64,000 bases of DNA from Ranitomeya imitator (taxonomy: Eukaryota), in contig NC_091288.1 of assembly GCF_032444005.1 (NCBI RefSeq), forward strand, positions 207,948,001-208,012,000. The letters run 5' to 3'. Positions 1 to 12,499 of this stretch are shown piece by piece (position 1 is the first letter of the stretch; each line of letters begins with the position of its first letter). Made by a program: the position numbers and the translations under genes. Under the pieces are notes generated by a model, which did no database searches, had not been told where the DNA came from, and saw nothing but the letters and a program-made list of their open reading frames with translations.

Positions 1-630
1 TCTTCGAGAACCAGTGGCAAACGGATTCCTTCAGCCCAGTGAATCCAGAATGTAGATTAACAGCCAACCAGTCTTGATTTACAATCTCCTCCCGTTTTAG
101 GTCTGCAGCCCCCATGCAGACCTCTAGGTTTCCCTACTTACAGACTACAAACTGCGTCCTTGGTAATCGCGATCGGACGGCAGTAAATTAACAGGTGACT
201 ACAGGATCAGACTACGCAGGATTTGTTTGTAGTCTGTAACCATGGGGACACATTTGTCTGCACAGGCTCTGAAGGCACAAAACGGTAAGAGGTTTTTAAG
301 ACTTTTTAGCAAAGAGGCTTCTTTTTGGATAACGCCAATTGTTGCAAAAGTCTGCATACGCTTAATATTTGCTTATGTAGTGATGCGCTGCCCTCCTTGG
401 TGCAGTCCGGCACATTAATAGAGATAAATATATATATTTTCTGTCTTTATCACGTTATATACACACGAGTGATTATTGCAACAAATGGAACATATTCTGC
501 ATTTCTGAAGAGCACACGTTCCATAAAAATGGGCATTAAAAAGTGCAACGTGGGCCGGTAGTGATTTTCCAGACTTGGAGGTGGGGGGTCTGGCTTGTAG
601 CCCCCTCCTTGGGACAACTGTATATTCTAG

Positions 631-770
631 GAAAGCAAATCATACATGGAAGCCGCTGCTGGTGAGAATGAGGAGTCAAAAATCAGGAACCGCAAAGTTG
701 TCGTATCCAACTCTGCAGGAATCGCGGGCGACCACCATCATCATCAATGGCTGCGATCCTATGTTGTGTG
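631..770 (+). CDS. Candidate terminal exon of an unidentified plus-strand gene converging on HAGH
   Basis: After TTCTAG the frame reads ESKSYMEAAAGENEESKIRNRKVVVSNSAGIAGDHHHHQWLRSYVV*. AATAAA occurs near 1965. No homology was recognised. Confidence 0.2.
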
Positions 771-774
771 ACTT

Positions 775-1175
775 TAAGGGTACTTTCACACTAGCGTTTT
801 CTGCAATCCGTCACAATGCGTCGTTTTGCAGAAAAAACGCATCCTGCAAAAGTGCTTGCAGGATGCGTTTTTTCCCCATAGACTTGCATTGACGACGCAT
901 TTGCGACGGATTGCCACACGTCGCACCCGTCAAGCGACGGATGCGTCGGGCTTTTACGGACCGTCGGGAGAAAAAAACGCTACATGTACCGTTTTTTGCT
1001 CCTGACGGACCGCTTTTTCCGACCGCGCATGCGCGGCCGGAACTCCGCCCCCACCTTACAATCGGAAAAATGCATCCGCTGCACCCATTGTGCAATGCAG
1101 CAAACGCTAGCGTCGGAATCTCTCCCCGACACATTGCGACGGGGAGATTCCGACGCTAGTGTGAAAGAAGCCTAA
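775..1175. mobile_element. MITE with imperfect terminal inverted repeats (TTAA-targeting, T2/Kolobok-like)
   Basis: Left end TTAAGGGTACTTTCACACTAGCGT; right end ACGCTAGTGTGAAAGAAGCCTAA. Internal palindromes such as AAAAAACGCATCCTGCAA...TTGCAGGATGCGTTTTTT. Confidence 0.75.
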
Positions 1176-2319
1176 GACGTCTTAGAGCCCTTGCCTTGTG
1201 ACTTAGACTAGTGCTTGACGCCTGCCTCCACTGCACCATCTTTACCCTCATACGCTCCTGTAACACAATGCCACGTGGAGGAAACAGCACGCACTAAATC
1301 ACCCAATTAAAGGGGAAAATCTGTGTTAATATGGCAGAGATCCGAATGTCTGTTGATCTGGAGGACCCGACATTTCCACATATTACACGGACAGTCAACT
1401 GATTTCAATGGGAATCCTGCAATACTTTCTTTCCCCTTTAGGGGAGCTGTGGTAGAATTAAAGACTTGTTAGATTTCTGCATTACTAGTTTCCCGCGTTA
1501 CTGGTGTCTCAGTGATCATTATTATATTTATAATCCGTGGACCCTTCTAAGAAAAGGGATATCCAAAGTGGACCAAGACCTTAAAGGGGTTGTCCGGTGA
1601 AAACCAGTTATTCCCTATCCGCAGAATAGGTGATTGTTTAGAGATCAATGGGTGTCTAATTGGCAGAATGAGAAATGTTGTATCTGTGATGGGGCACTGG
1701 CGGCAGTGCGTAAGTCTGAGCGCCCCTCCAATAATTCTCTATGGGCCTGTAGGTGTTGGGTGACTCCTCTTCAGAAGGATGAGCTGAACATATAGCTTTC
1801 TCTTCCTTACAGTCCCCTATTGGAGGATTTTTTTGGGGGCCATTACACCTCCTAGCCTGGTGTTATCATGGCGTCTGACTGCGGCCATGACACCTGACTC
1901 ATTTCAGGCGATTCTACCCGGGACGTCTAAATGTCTGACACAGCAATGCCATATCATCACCTAAATAAATAAAAACACCTTGACAATTTTTTGTTTAGAC
2001 TGTTCACACGGGGGGCGGCACAAACCACTGTAGAACCCCCTGCAGATTGAATCCGGGGACTTTTGTGGTGCCAGTGTGAACAGGGTCATATTCTTCGCCG
2101 GCTTTAGATCTACACGTCAGCGGCGCTCGCTGACCGGACTCTGCACGCTCACACAACATCCTTTTCGCACATTCACTTGCACTCGGAAAGTCCATTTTTG
2201 GAGAAAGCAAAATTATGGGAGACGGTCAGACAGGACAAAGGGAAGCAATTGAGTGTCAGACCCGTGATAATCAAACGAAAAAAAAAAGTGGTCTGGAAGG
2301 TTGAGCTGCCGAGATGGAT

Positions 2320-5300
2320 TCAGTCTTTTGGCACCTTAAAATTGTCTTTCTCTTTGCGGATGGCGGCCATTGTAGAGATGGGGTTGTCTGCCCCCGCGTG
2401 CTGCTGCACTGACTTCTCCCTGTGGGGAAGAGGGGACAGAAAATACAATCAGGAGACCAGTGTATAGCAAAAAATCCTCTGCAAATAAGACAAAAACTGG
2501 AAGCGTTTAACTCATGCTTCCTGCATCCACCACTAGAGGGAGCTGATGGAGTTAGATGTCTGCAAAGTATGCAGTGAGCTCCCTCTAGTGGTGACTGCAG
2601 GTAAGCAGAATTCTACCATATTACTGTCAATACAGAGGGTTTGGAGCTCTGAAACACAGTGTTGCAGTTCTGCTGCAATATCCCTTTAAATAAGCATTTT
2701 CGCTTACCTGACCCTCATGAAAGGGTTAAATGTGAGCTCTTCAGACAGAGTGGAGGGGATGGTGGGTTCTCCATTATTGTACGTCTCCTGAAAGGTAAAA
2801 TAACCAAGAGCAGGTTCTTATAGAGAGCAGTAGACATTCTGACAACCTGATCATTTCCAGAACACAGGGAGTAACTATCACTGAGCTCATACTCTCTGTT
2901 TCTGCAGGAAGTTCAGTATCAATAAAGCTTTCAGATAAAGCCCAGTAATTTGGTTGCTAGGGACACACTGCCTAGCAACCAGTATAATATATTTTTATAC
3001 AGGGTTGTCAGGCCATGAGTCTGTAGTAACCAGTCTGTCTTAGATAACCTTTAGGCAGGGTTGGAGCAGCGATGGAGACTCGGTACTGCCCAACCCTCAC
3101 ATTACTACCTCCTACCATGTAAGTCTAGGGCGGTTTAGACATTTGAGGACTATTGTGTCAAGGTCACTATGTGACCCCATTAGGTTCTGCCTTCCTTGTA
3201 ACAGACAGCGGGGGCGGGTCTCCGTCGCTCTACGGACAGCGGGGGCGGGTCTCCGTCGCTCTACGGACAGCGGGGGCGGGTCTCCGTCGCTCTACGGACA
3301 GCGGGGGCGGGTCTCCGTCGCTCTACAGCCAACGGGGGCGGGTCTACGTCGCTCTACAGCCAGCGGGGGCGGGTCTACGTCGCTCTACAGCCAGCGGGGG
3401 CGGGTCTACGTCGCTCTACAGACAGCGGGGGCGGGTCTACGTCGCTCTACAGACAGCGGGGGCGGGTCTACGTCGCTCTACAGACAGCGGGGGCGGGTCT
3501 ACGTCGCTCTACAGACAGCGGGGGCGGGTCTACGTCGCTCTACAGACAGCGGGGGCGGGTCTACGTCGCTCTACAGACAGCGGGGGCGGGTTATGGTCGC
3601 TCTACAGACAGCGGGGGCGGGTTATGGTCGCTCTACAGACAGCGGGGGCGGGTCTACGTCGCTCTACAGACAGCGGGGGCGGGTCTACGTCGCTCTACAG
3701 ACAGCGGGGGCGGGTCTACGTCGCTCTACAGACAGCGGGGGCGGGTCTACGTCGCTCTACAGACAGCGGGGGCGGGTCTACGTCGCTCTACAGACAGCGG
3801 GGGCGGGTCTACGTCGCTCTACAGCCAGCGGGGGCGGGTCTACGTCGCTCTACAGACAGCGGGGGCGGGTTATGGTCGCTCTACAGCCAGCGGGGGCGGG
3901 TCTACGTCGCTCTACAGACAGCGGGGGCGGGTCTACGTCGCTCTACAGACAGCGGGGGCGGGTCTACGTCGCTCTACAGCCAGCGGGGGCGGGTCTACGT
4001 CGCTCTACAGCCAGCGGGGGCGGGTCTACGTCGCTCTACAGACAGCGGGGGCGGGTTATGGTCGCTCTACAGACAGCGGGGGCGGGTCATTGTCGCTCTA
4101 CAGACAGCGGGGGCGGGTCATGGTCGCTCTACAGACAGCGGGGGCGGGTCATGGTCGCTCTACAGACAGCGGGGGCGGGTCATGGTCGCTCTACAGACAG
4201 CGGGGGCGGGTCATGGTCGCTCTACAGACAGCGGGGGCGGGTCATGGTCGCTCTACAGACAGCGGGGGCGGGTCATGGTCGCTCTACAGACAGCGGGGGC
4301 GGGTCATGGTCGCTCTACAGACAGCGGGGGCGGGTCATGGTCGCTCTACAGACAGCGGGGGCGGGTCATGGTCGCTCTACAGACAGCAAGGGGGCAGGTC
4401 TTGGTCGCTCTACAGCCAGCAGGGGATAGGTCTTGGTCGCTCTACAGCCAGCAGGGGATAGTCTCGGTCGCTCTTCACCCAGCGGGGGCGGGTATTGGTT
4501 GCTCTACAGGAAGCGAGGGTGGTTTTGTCTACAAGAAAGTGGAGCTGATCTTTGTCACTCTACAAGAAGTTGGAGAGGGTCTTATCTCTCTGCTCCTACT
4601 CTCCTCTGTCAAACAGGCATAACAGGACGGTGGGCTTTCAGTTTAGGACAGGGAAGTTATTGGATAGTGACAGAAGGAAAGCATGCTGGGAAGGGAAAGG
4701 ACGTTCCAGCTCTTATAGTGCTGGCAGAATTCAGTTGAAGAGGAACCACCCACTTAAAAAGGAGCGACTGGCAAGTTACAGGGTGATAATTGGGACAGTT
4801 TCTGGATATACTGGGTGACTTGTGCACAAAAGCAGTTTTTACCTTGTTGTGGGGGAATAAGAAGATTCTATAGGTTTTATGTGAAAGAACGGACGCACTT
4901 TATGTTTACTACAGATAAGGAGGACATAACACTCCAGTGGTCGGTAAGGGCTAGAAATCTCTGTCCGCCTTACTTTGGCCCATGCGAGCTTCTGTTTGAT
5001 GGCCTCATTGTTGGGCTCCACGTGACGGGCAAACTTCAGGTTGTTGATTGTATATTCGTGTCCACAGTAGACTCTCTATAAGAGGAGGAGAGAACAGATC
5101 CATCACGGAAGAAAGTTCTAACGGGTCTAGAAAAATAACAGCCAATGAGTCATTACAGTTTCTGGAGGAAGACGCCCCAATATTTCGATCAGAGCCTGGT
5201 ACATCTCCTCCGCCGTCCCTTCAAAGAATTTCCCACAACCAGCCACAAAGAGGGTGTCCCCTAGGAGAAGAGTGAAGGAGATGTGAAAAGTAGAGAAGTC

Positions 5301-8300
5301 AGAGATGTGGTCACAGGACCCATGGACGGTATATTAAGTGCAGGCCCACCGAGCCCCTGGTCCTAAATGCCCACCTGTAAATACAGCAGGGGGCTCGGAG
5401 CTGTTAGGCTTCGTCACGTAGTAGCAGATATGCCCAGAAGTGTGACACGGGGTGTAAAGACACTTTACCTGAAGAGACCCCACCTGATGACATACGAGAA
5501 GAAATAATTACATAGAGCACAGTATACAGACAAGAGTGCACCGAGCAGAGTGCACCGAGCAGAGTGCACCGAGCAGAGTATGGAGAAGCTGCTCAAGAAG
5601 GACCTCACCTGAAACGTTGTGAGATGGGACACCGTCTGGGTTAACGCTCCAACCCTGCTGTCTCCTCCGTAGACTTTTAACCCAGAAACCATTTTGACAA
5701 GTTTCTCATTTCCTCCGGCATGGTCCCTGTAGACATACAATATATGATAAATGTGTGTTAAAACCTTCTGGGATTATTAATGTATATTAGATGAACTCTG
5801 TTCCATACAGCGAATATAAAAAGTCTACACACCCCTGTTGAAATGGCAGGTTTTCATGTTAAAAAAAAAAAAAAAAATCATACTAAGAAAATAATTTCAG
5901 AACTTTTTTCCACCTTTAAAGTTGCCAATAATCTGAACAAATCGGTTAAGAAAAGAACTGAAATCATTTTGAGTGGGAAAATAAAATGTGGCTACATAAG
6001 TGTTAGCACCCTCTTATAATTGGGAAGTGGTGGTGTTCAGAGTTGGTCGATCACATTTATCCTCATGTTACATAGTAGTCAGTGCACGGCCGCCATAATT
6101 TACAGGGATCCTGATTAAACCCATAGAAAGTTTAGCTGATCTAGGATTCAGTTGCATTTTTTCAGCAAAATCCCTGGTAAGTCAACAGCTGACAACACAG
6201 CAAAGGGGTTTTATCATTGAAAGTTATCAGCCAGGAGAAGGGCACAAAAAATGTCCAAGGCATAAATCAATGTGAAGATGTCATCAAAAAGTGGCTTAAA
6301 TTTGGCACAACAGTGACATTACCAAGAACGAGATGTCGGAAAAAACGGCTGAAAAGTCAAGAAAAAAGGAGACTGCCAAGAGCCCTCCAGCAACATTAAA
6401 GGAGCTGCAGGAATTTGTGGCAAGTACTGGTGGTGCAATGCATGACACAACGATCTCTCATATCCTTCATATGTCGGCCTGTGGTGTCTGCACCCCTTAA
6501 AGATACAACCCTGTGCTGAAGTAATCAAACCAGTACACTGAGGAACACTCTACCAGTGATGGTGCGTCGTCAGGACCGATGTGAGGTTCACGCCGTGTTT
6601 CTTCACTGCTTCAACGACCTATAAAAGGAACAAAGAAATCTTAATTAGAATTGCAGGTCACTGACTTACAAGAAAAACCGTAGCCATGGTGCCCAAGCAA
6701 AAGGGCCAAAATCGCTTTGATTTGCAGGACGGATTATAATATTTATTATAATGATTCTTTCTCCACTTATCAGCCACTTCCCCTCCTCCCATGCCTTCTA
6801 AACTCATCATTCACTTTGAAAAAAGCTCAAATCAATCTTGGTTAAGACAAGACAAGACTGCCAGCTCACTGAGGAGTCAGATTATACCTGCCTATTGGCA
6901 AATTGGTGGTGTGAGGAGAGGAACGGACAAAGGGACACACAGACCTGTGCTGCTGCTTTTTAGTAAGTGTTTTATCTCACTCACTCCAAAGCTGGATTTA
7001 CATCTGCACTGCTCAGTAGAAGGAGAAGAAGAAGAAGAAGGAGAAGTTAGCTACTTCCTTCCTTACTGATCACTGCGTTCTGAGGGTGACGGCTCTGCTC
7101 TGTCTATGGATAAACCCCACTCTTTACCTTTTGTGGCTGCACAGGGTCCACAATGGCAGCCTCCTTGGTCTCCTCGTCAATCAGGAGGTACATATAGTTG
7201 TCCGTGAGGGCTGGAAGGAGCTCAATCTTCATGATTCTCTGGTCAACCAGTTTGGTCTTTCGGAATTCAGACTCCTGTGCCTTTTGGATGTTGCTGGTCC
7301 CTAATCGAGCAAAGCCTGGATGGCGAGAAGAAGAGAAGGATCTGCGATTATAATCCTAATTCAGCAGATACAGTCAGAGATCTAATGGAATAATCCAGCG
7401 CGGCCCATGTGTGGCCCCTCCGCACAGATGGGGCAGTGACCGGTGGATTTCATCCACGCTGTCAGCACATTTTTCCTTTTCTCTGTTTTGGCTGATGGAA
7501 CGGGTTTACAGCGGGGTCAGTGATGATGCCCACCACAGACATACAGCACAGGTGTATATCCAGGTGTTCAAGGAAAGGTTGCCATTGGTCTCAGCAGAGC
7601 GAGCCTGGTTTACGCTGCGTCACTGGTACCAGTTCACGTCTGCACGAACAGTAGAGCTGAGACAGGGAGAGGAGCTTTGTGTGACCGGGTGACCTGTAAG
7701 AGCCAATAGGGCTGGCAATACCATGTGCCAGAGAGCTACTTACTGCCCCAGAAACTGAAAGAAAGAGGTAAGTAACAAACTGGAAAATGGTTCTCCAAGC
7801 TAAAGGTTACAAATGAAAAATGGGCACTTACATGGCAACATAGAAAATGGGCACCTATATAGAAAATGTGACTATTTATACACAGCATAGAAAAATGGGC
7901 ACATATATGGGAAATAGGAAAAAGGGCACACATAAGGAGGCAAAGGAAAAAGGGCACACATAAGGAGGCAAAGGAAAATGGGCACACATAAGGAGGCAAA
8001 GGAAAAAGGGCACACATAAGGAGGCAAAGGAAAATGGGCACACATAAGGAGGCAAAGGAAAAAGGGCACACATAAGGAGGCAAAGGAAAATGGGCACACA
8101 TAAGGAGGCAAAGGAAAAAGGGCACACATAAGGAGGCAAAGGAAAAAGGGCACACATAAGGAGGCAAAGGAAAAAGGGCACACATAAGGAGGCAAAGGAA
8201 AATGGGCACACATAAGGAGGCAAAGGAAAAAGAGCACACATAAGGAGGCAAAGGAAAAAGGGCACACATAAGGAGGCAAAGGAAAAAGGGCACACATAAG

Positions 8301-11300
8301 GAGGCAAAGGAAAAAGGGCACACATAAGGAGGCAAAGGAAAAAGGGCACACATAAGGAGGCAAAGGAAAAAGGGCACACATAAGGAGGCAAAGGAAAAAG
8401 GGCACACATAAGGAGGCAAAGGAAAAAGGGCACACATAAGGAGGCAAAGGAAAAAGGGCACACATAAGGAGGCAAAGGAAAAAGGGCACATAAATGGAAA
8501 ATGTGCCTATTTATGAGCAGCATAGAAGAATGAGCAAACATATGGGAAATAGAAAAATGGGCACATATGGCAACACATGAAATTGGGCACATATGGTAAC
8601 ACAAGAAATGGACACATATATGGGAAAAAAAGAAAATGGGCACATATATTTCGACAATGGGAAATGGGCACATATGTAGAAAAATAGGAAAATGATCACA
8701 TGTATGGAAAATAGCAAAATGGGCACATGCATGGAAATAAAGAAAAATGGGCCCATAAATGAGAACATAGGAAAATTGGCAATTTTCCTATCCTCATAGT
8801 AAGGGACAATGTATCAGCTGGATCCCTCACTGTTTTGGTGGCTGGATAGGATTCAACTGTAACAAAACCTCAGCTATGAGAAGTTTTAGGTTACGGCAGA
8901 TTGTTTTTAGTCTTGGAATGTAAACAATAATCTTCTTCTTTCCCGGCAGCAAGAAGATCTTGAAATTGTTGACAAACCGAAACACAGAGTTGTAGAACTG
9001 GAACGTTTGCAGGGTGACGGCGCGGGCACAAAGGTCGCTTGGCTGCTTGTAGCAGAAAACGCCCCGTCATGGTGACAGCTCGGCTCCACTGTACTCTGGG
9101 CCCAAACACAAGTTACATGCACAGATGTAGCAGAGCAGAGTTTGCTGCGACAATCCTTTAATCTGGCATTTGATACCAGTATTTGATAGTCCGGCACTTT
9201 TACCAGCACAGAAGTGTTACACAAGGAGGAAACTGACAATGTGGAAGGAACCAACAGGAGAAAAAATAAAGCGGTAAATATTTCGTAAATTTGCATTATT
9301 TCTGTTTTTCTCGAAAGTTTTCTACCATTCCTTTTTTTTTTTTTTTTACATATTTTTTCTATGGCTGTCCGATAATCCGGCACCTATCAGGTCCCACAAT
9401 ACATGAATGCTACGATATCACCACAATGCTCTTATTTTACATAGGACTGCTGGTAAAACTGTTTCATCCCCTGCACTGCTGCAGCAGCAGGACACTGACA
9501 GCGCCCACGATTTATAACGACGCATTACGTCCCCCAGAGAAGCGCCAAACTCCCCAACGGGCGAAAGTTACAGGCGCTCAGCGCGTTGTCATTTACCGAA
9601 CTTTAGTGGCAAAAACGATGAATCTGTCGCCCGCTCTCAGCGCCTCCCTCTTGGCGAAACCTCCCTCACTTTTCAAAAAGTGGGTGAATCTGGATGGGAA
9701 CTTTTAAAAACACCAAAAGGCACAAACCTTTCATGCAACTTTCCCAAAAATTCTGCAATATTTCAATTTTATGGCAGAATTCTGGCGAAATCAGTTTGAT
9801 GAATGTGCCGCACACACGGTGCTCGCGGTGATTGTCAGCAGCCACAGGACCCTCGTGTCATCTCACAGGAGTACAACCTGCAACGCTGGGAACCAAGGGA
9901 CGTGGGAAATGGGGACTTGCCAGGCAACATCGAAAAAGAGGCACAAATATGGTGACAAAAAAGGGGAAATCATGAAAAAGAGAAAATGGCCACATAAATG
10001 ATAACATGGGAAAATGGGCACATATAGGGCGACACAGGATAATGGGCACATATAGGGCGATACAGAAAAATGGGAACATATAGGGCGATACAGGAAAATG
10101 GGCACATATAGGGCGATACAGGAAAATGGGCACATATAGGGCGATACAGAAAAATGGGAACATATAGGGCGATACAGGAAAATGGGCACATATAGGGCGA
10201 TACAGGAAAATGGGCATATATATAGGGCGATACAGGAAAATGGGCACATATAGGGAGACACGGGAAAATGGGCGTATATATTTGGGGGCGATACAGGAAA
10301 ATGGGCGTATATAGGGCGATACAGGAAAATGGGCATATATAGGGAGACATGGGAAAATGGGCGTATATAGGGAGACACGGGAAAATGGGCGTATATATTT
10401 GGGGGCGATACAGGAAAATGGGCATATATAGGGAGACATGGGAAAATGGGCGTATATATTTGGGGGCGATACAGGAAAATGGGCATATATGGGACGATAC
10501 AGGAAAATGCACACATATAGGGAGACACGGGAAAATGGGCATATATAGGACGATACAGGAAAATGCGCACATATAGGGAGACACGGGAAAATGGGCATAT
10601 ATGGGACGATACAGGAAAATGGGCACATATAGGGCGATACAGGAAAATGGGCATATATAGGAAGACACAGGAAAATGGGCACATATAGGGAGACACGGGA
10701 AAATGGGCATATATAGGACGATACAGGAAAATGGGCACATATAGGGAGACATGGGAAAATGGGTGTATATAGGGCGATACAGAAAAATGGGAACATATAG
10801 GGCGATACAGGAAAATGGGCACATATAGGGCGATACAGGAAAATGGGCATATATATAGGGCGATACAGGAAAATGGGCACATATAGGGCGATACAGGAAA
10901 ATGGGCATATATATAGGGCGATACAGGAAAATGGGCACATATAGGGAGACACGGGAAAATGGGCGTATATATTTGGGGGCGATACAGGAAAATGGGCATA
11001 TATAGGGAGACATGGGAAAATGGGCGTATATAGGGAGACACGGGAAAATGGGCGTATATATTTGGGGGCGATACAGGAAAATGGGCATATATAGGGAGAC
11101 ATGGGAAAATGGGCGTATATATTTGGGGGCGATACAGGAAAATGGGCATATATGGGACGATACAGGAAAATGCACACATATAGGGAGACACGGGAAAATG
11201 GGCATATATAGGACGATACAGGAAAATGCGCACATATAGGGAGACACGGGAAAATGGGCATATATGGGACGATACAGGAAAATGGGCACATATAGGAAGA

Positions 11301-12496
11301 CACAGGAAAATGGGCACATATAGGGAGACACGGGAAAATGGGCATATATGGGACGATACAGGAAAATGGGCATATATAGGAAGACACAGGAAAATGGGCA
11401 CATATAGGGAGACACGGGAAAATGGGCATATATAGGACGATACAGGAAAATGGGCACATATAGGGAGACACGGGAAAATGGGTGTATATAGGACGATACA
11501 GGAAAATGGGCACATATAGGGCGATACAGGAAAATGGGCATATATAGGAAGACACGGGAAAATGGGCACATATAGGGAGACACGGGAAAATGGGCATATA
11601 TAGGGAGACATGGAAATATGGTCACATATAGGGAGACTTTGAACAATAAGCAAAAACGGCAAATATTTTGTAACCTGTGGACAAAACGTAAGCGGCTCTG
11701 AGTGGTGAGACAGTGCCGCGGTGCGTGCAGTGCTAGGCTCGTGATTCAATAGTTTCCATTCATTAATTGCTTGGCTCCTGGCATCTTGGTTGCTGCCTAT
11801 GCAGAGCGCTGTAGCTGATAAACTTGTCTCTGGTGCTGCACTCTGCATAGCTGTAAGAAGTGGTTCTAGCAGGCGCTCCTCATTTGACAGCGTGCAGGAT
11901 AGGTGAGAATCGGAAACAAGAGCAGGCATCACTGCCCGAGCCACACCGGATCCGCACGGGCGGCGCAGGAAGGGGAGTTTACCACTGGTTTATTTTGAGA
12001 ACATGGAGGCCTGATTTTTTTTCTGCTTTTAAAGGGGCAATTAACGTGTTAGCCATATAGGACGGAGCCTTTGGTCACGGAGACCCCCTTTGGCACCGCT
12101 TTCTGACACAGGGCCCATTATGTACCGCAGTCGTCTGCGCGCCGCAGCGCTCCAGCACAGCCTCAGTAATGTCATGGCCGCATAGCCCGACCACCTTTTA
12201 GGCCAATTTCTACCCTTTTTATTCGTTATGGTCATGTGACAACTACCTAAAGTTATCAACCTCCCACTATTTGCAATACCACTGCTTGCTGTCAGTGAGT
12301 AGACACATCCCCCAGGCCCAGCACAGGACCACAACTCCCAGCACAGTGGAGCTATTCTAATGCCCAGCTCTCCATACATTCCAAGCCCAGGCTGGACGTG
12401 CTGCCCTCTCTGTGCCCACATACCCACTCTGCAGCCAGCCGCAGCTCCCAGGAAGGACAGTGCGCACCACAGCCTCCTCCTGCACCCAAACATCAT
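2320..12496 (-). CDS. HAGH: Hydroxyacylglutathione hydrolase (glyoxalase II), mitochondrial precursor; 9 coding exons, 312 aa
   Basis: Exons on the minus strand: 12496-12424, 7315-7128, 6618-6554, 5726-5609, 5483-5375, 5260-5157, 5075-4974, 2787-2708, 2419-2320. Total 939 nt, all introns GT-AG, phases compatible. Translation: [25 protein letters not shown]...[35 protein letters not shown]...TTHHHWDHAGGN...PCHTSGH...[17 protein letters not shown]...[14 protein letters not shown]...NPFMRVREK...KDNFKVPKD*. It carries the metallo-beta-lactamase THHHWDH motif. [10 protein letters not shown] and GCGKFFEG match HAGH rather than HAGHL. Confidence 0.96.
3201..4510. repeat. 31-bp G-rich minisatellite in HAGH intron 7 (~40 copies)
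   Basis: Unit ACAGACAGCGGGGGCGGGTCTACGTCGCTCT with ordered variants. It produces the spurious ORFs 3143-4429 and 3153-4622. Confidence 0.95.
5808..6500 (+). mobile_element. Degenerate Tc1-like transposon remnant
   Basis: Tc1-type end (AAAAGTCTACACACCCCTGTT) and a frameshifted transposase N-terminus: [16 protein letters not shown]..., then [12 protein letters not shown] in another frame. Confidence 0.7.
7810..8780. repeat. 28-bp minisatellite in HAGH intron 1
   Basis: Unit GGAAAAAGGGCACACATAAGGAGGCAAA, near-perfect over 7915-8490 with degenerate flanks. Confidence 0.95.
9950..11640. repeat. ~28-bp minisatellite with a higher-order duplication in HAGH intron 1
   Basis: Unit AGGGCGATACAGGAAAATGGGCACATAT and variants. 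Identical ORF translations at 10349 and 11012 show a 663-bp internal duplication. Confidence 0.95.
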
Positions 12497-12499
12497 CCT

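Noticed and set aside
3143-4622. 428-aa and 489-aa ORFs
   Set aside because: They are translations of the 31-bp minisatellite, antisense within a HAGH intron, and open in several frames at once.
8891-9109. [20 protein letters not shown] as an alternative mitochondrial leader exon
   Set aside because: There is no convincing phase-1 donor, and it lies in repeat-derived intronic sequence away from the CpG island.
7736-11944. ORFs of 205-693 aa rich in Cys/Pro/Phe/Tyr
   Set aside because: They arise from the two ~28-bp arrays, which lack stops on the minus strand. All three frames are open and they lie inside HAGH intron 1.
12126-12175. [17 protein letters not shown] as the HAGH mitochondrial leader exon
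   Set aside because: Its donor is phase 2 while exon 2 needs phase 1. The exon at 12496-12424 has a strong phase-1 donor (G|GTATGT) and fits. Kept only as a possible uORF exon.
2320-12496. Calling the glyoxalase II gene HAGHL because it neighbours CIAO3
   Set aside because: The sequence ([23 protein letters not shown], mitochondrial leader) matches HAGH. Human HAGHL has HARGN, VLGAD and GCGSCLEG.
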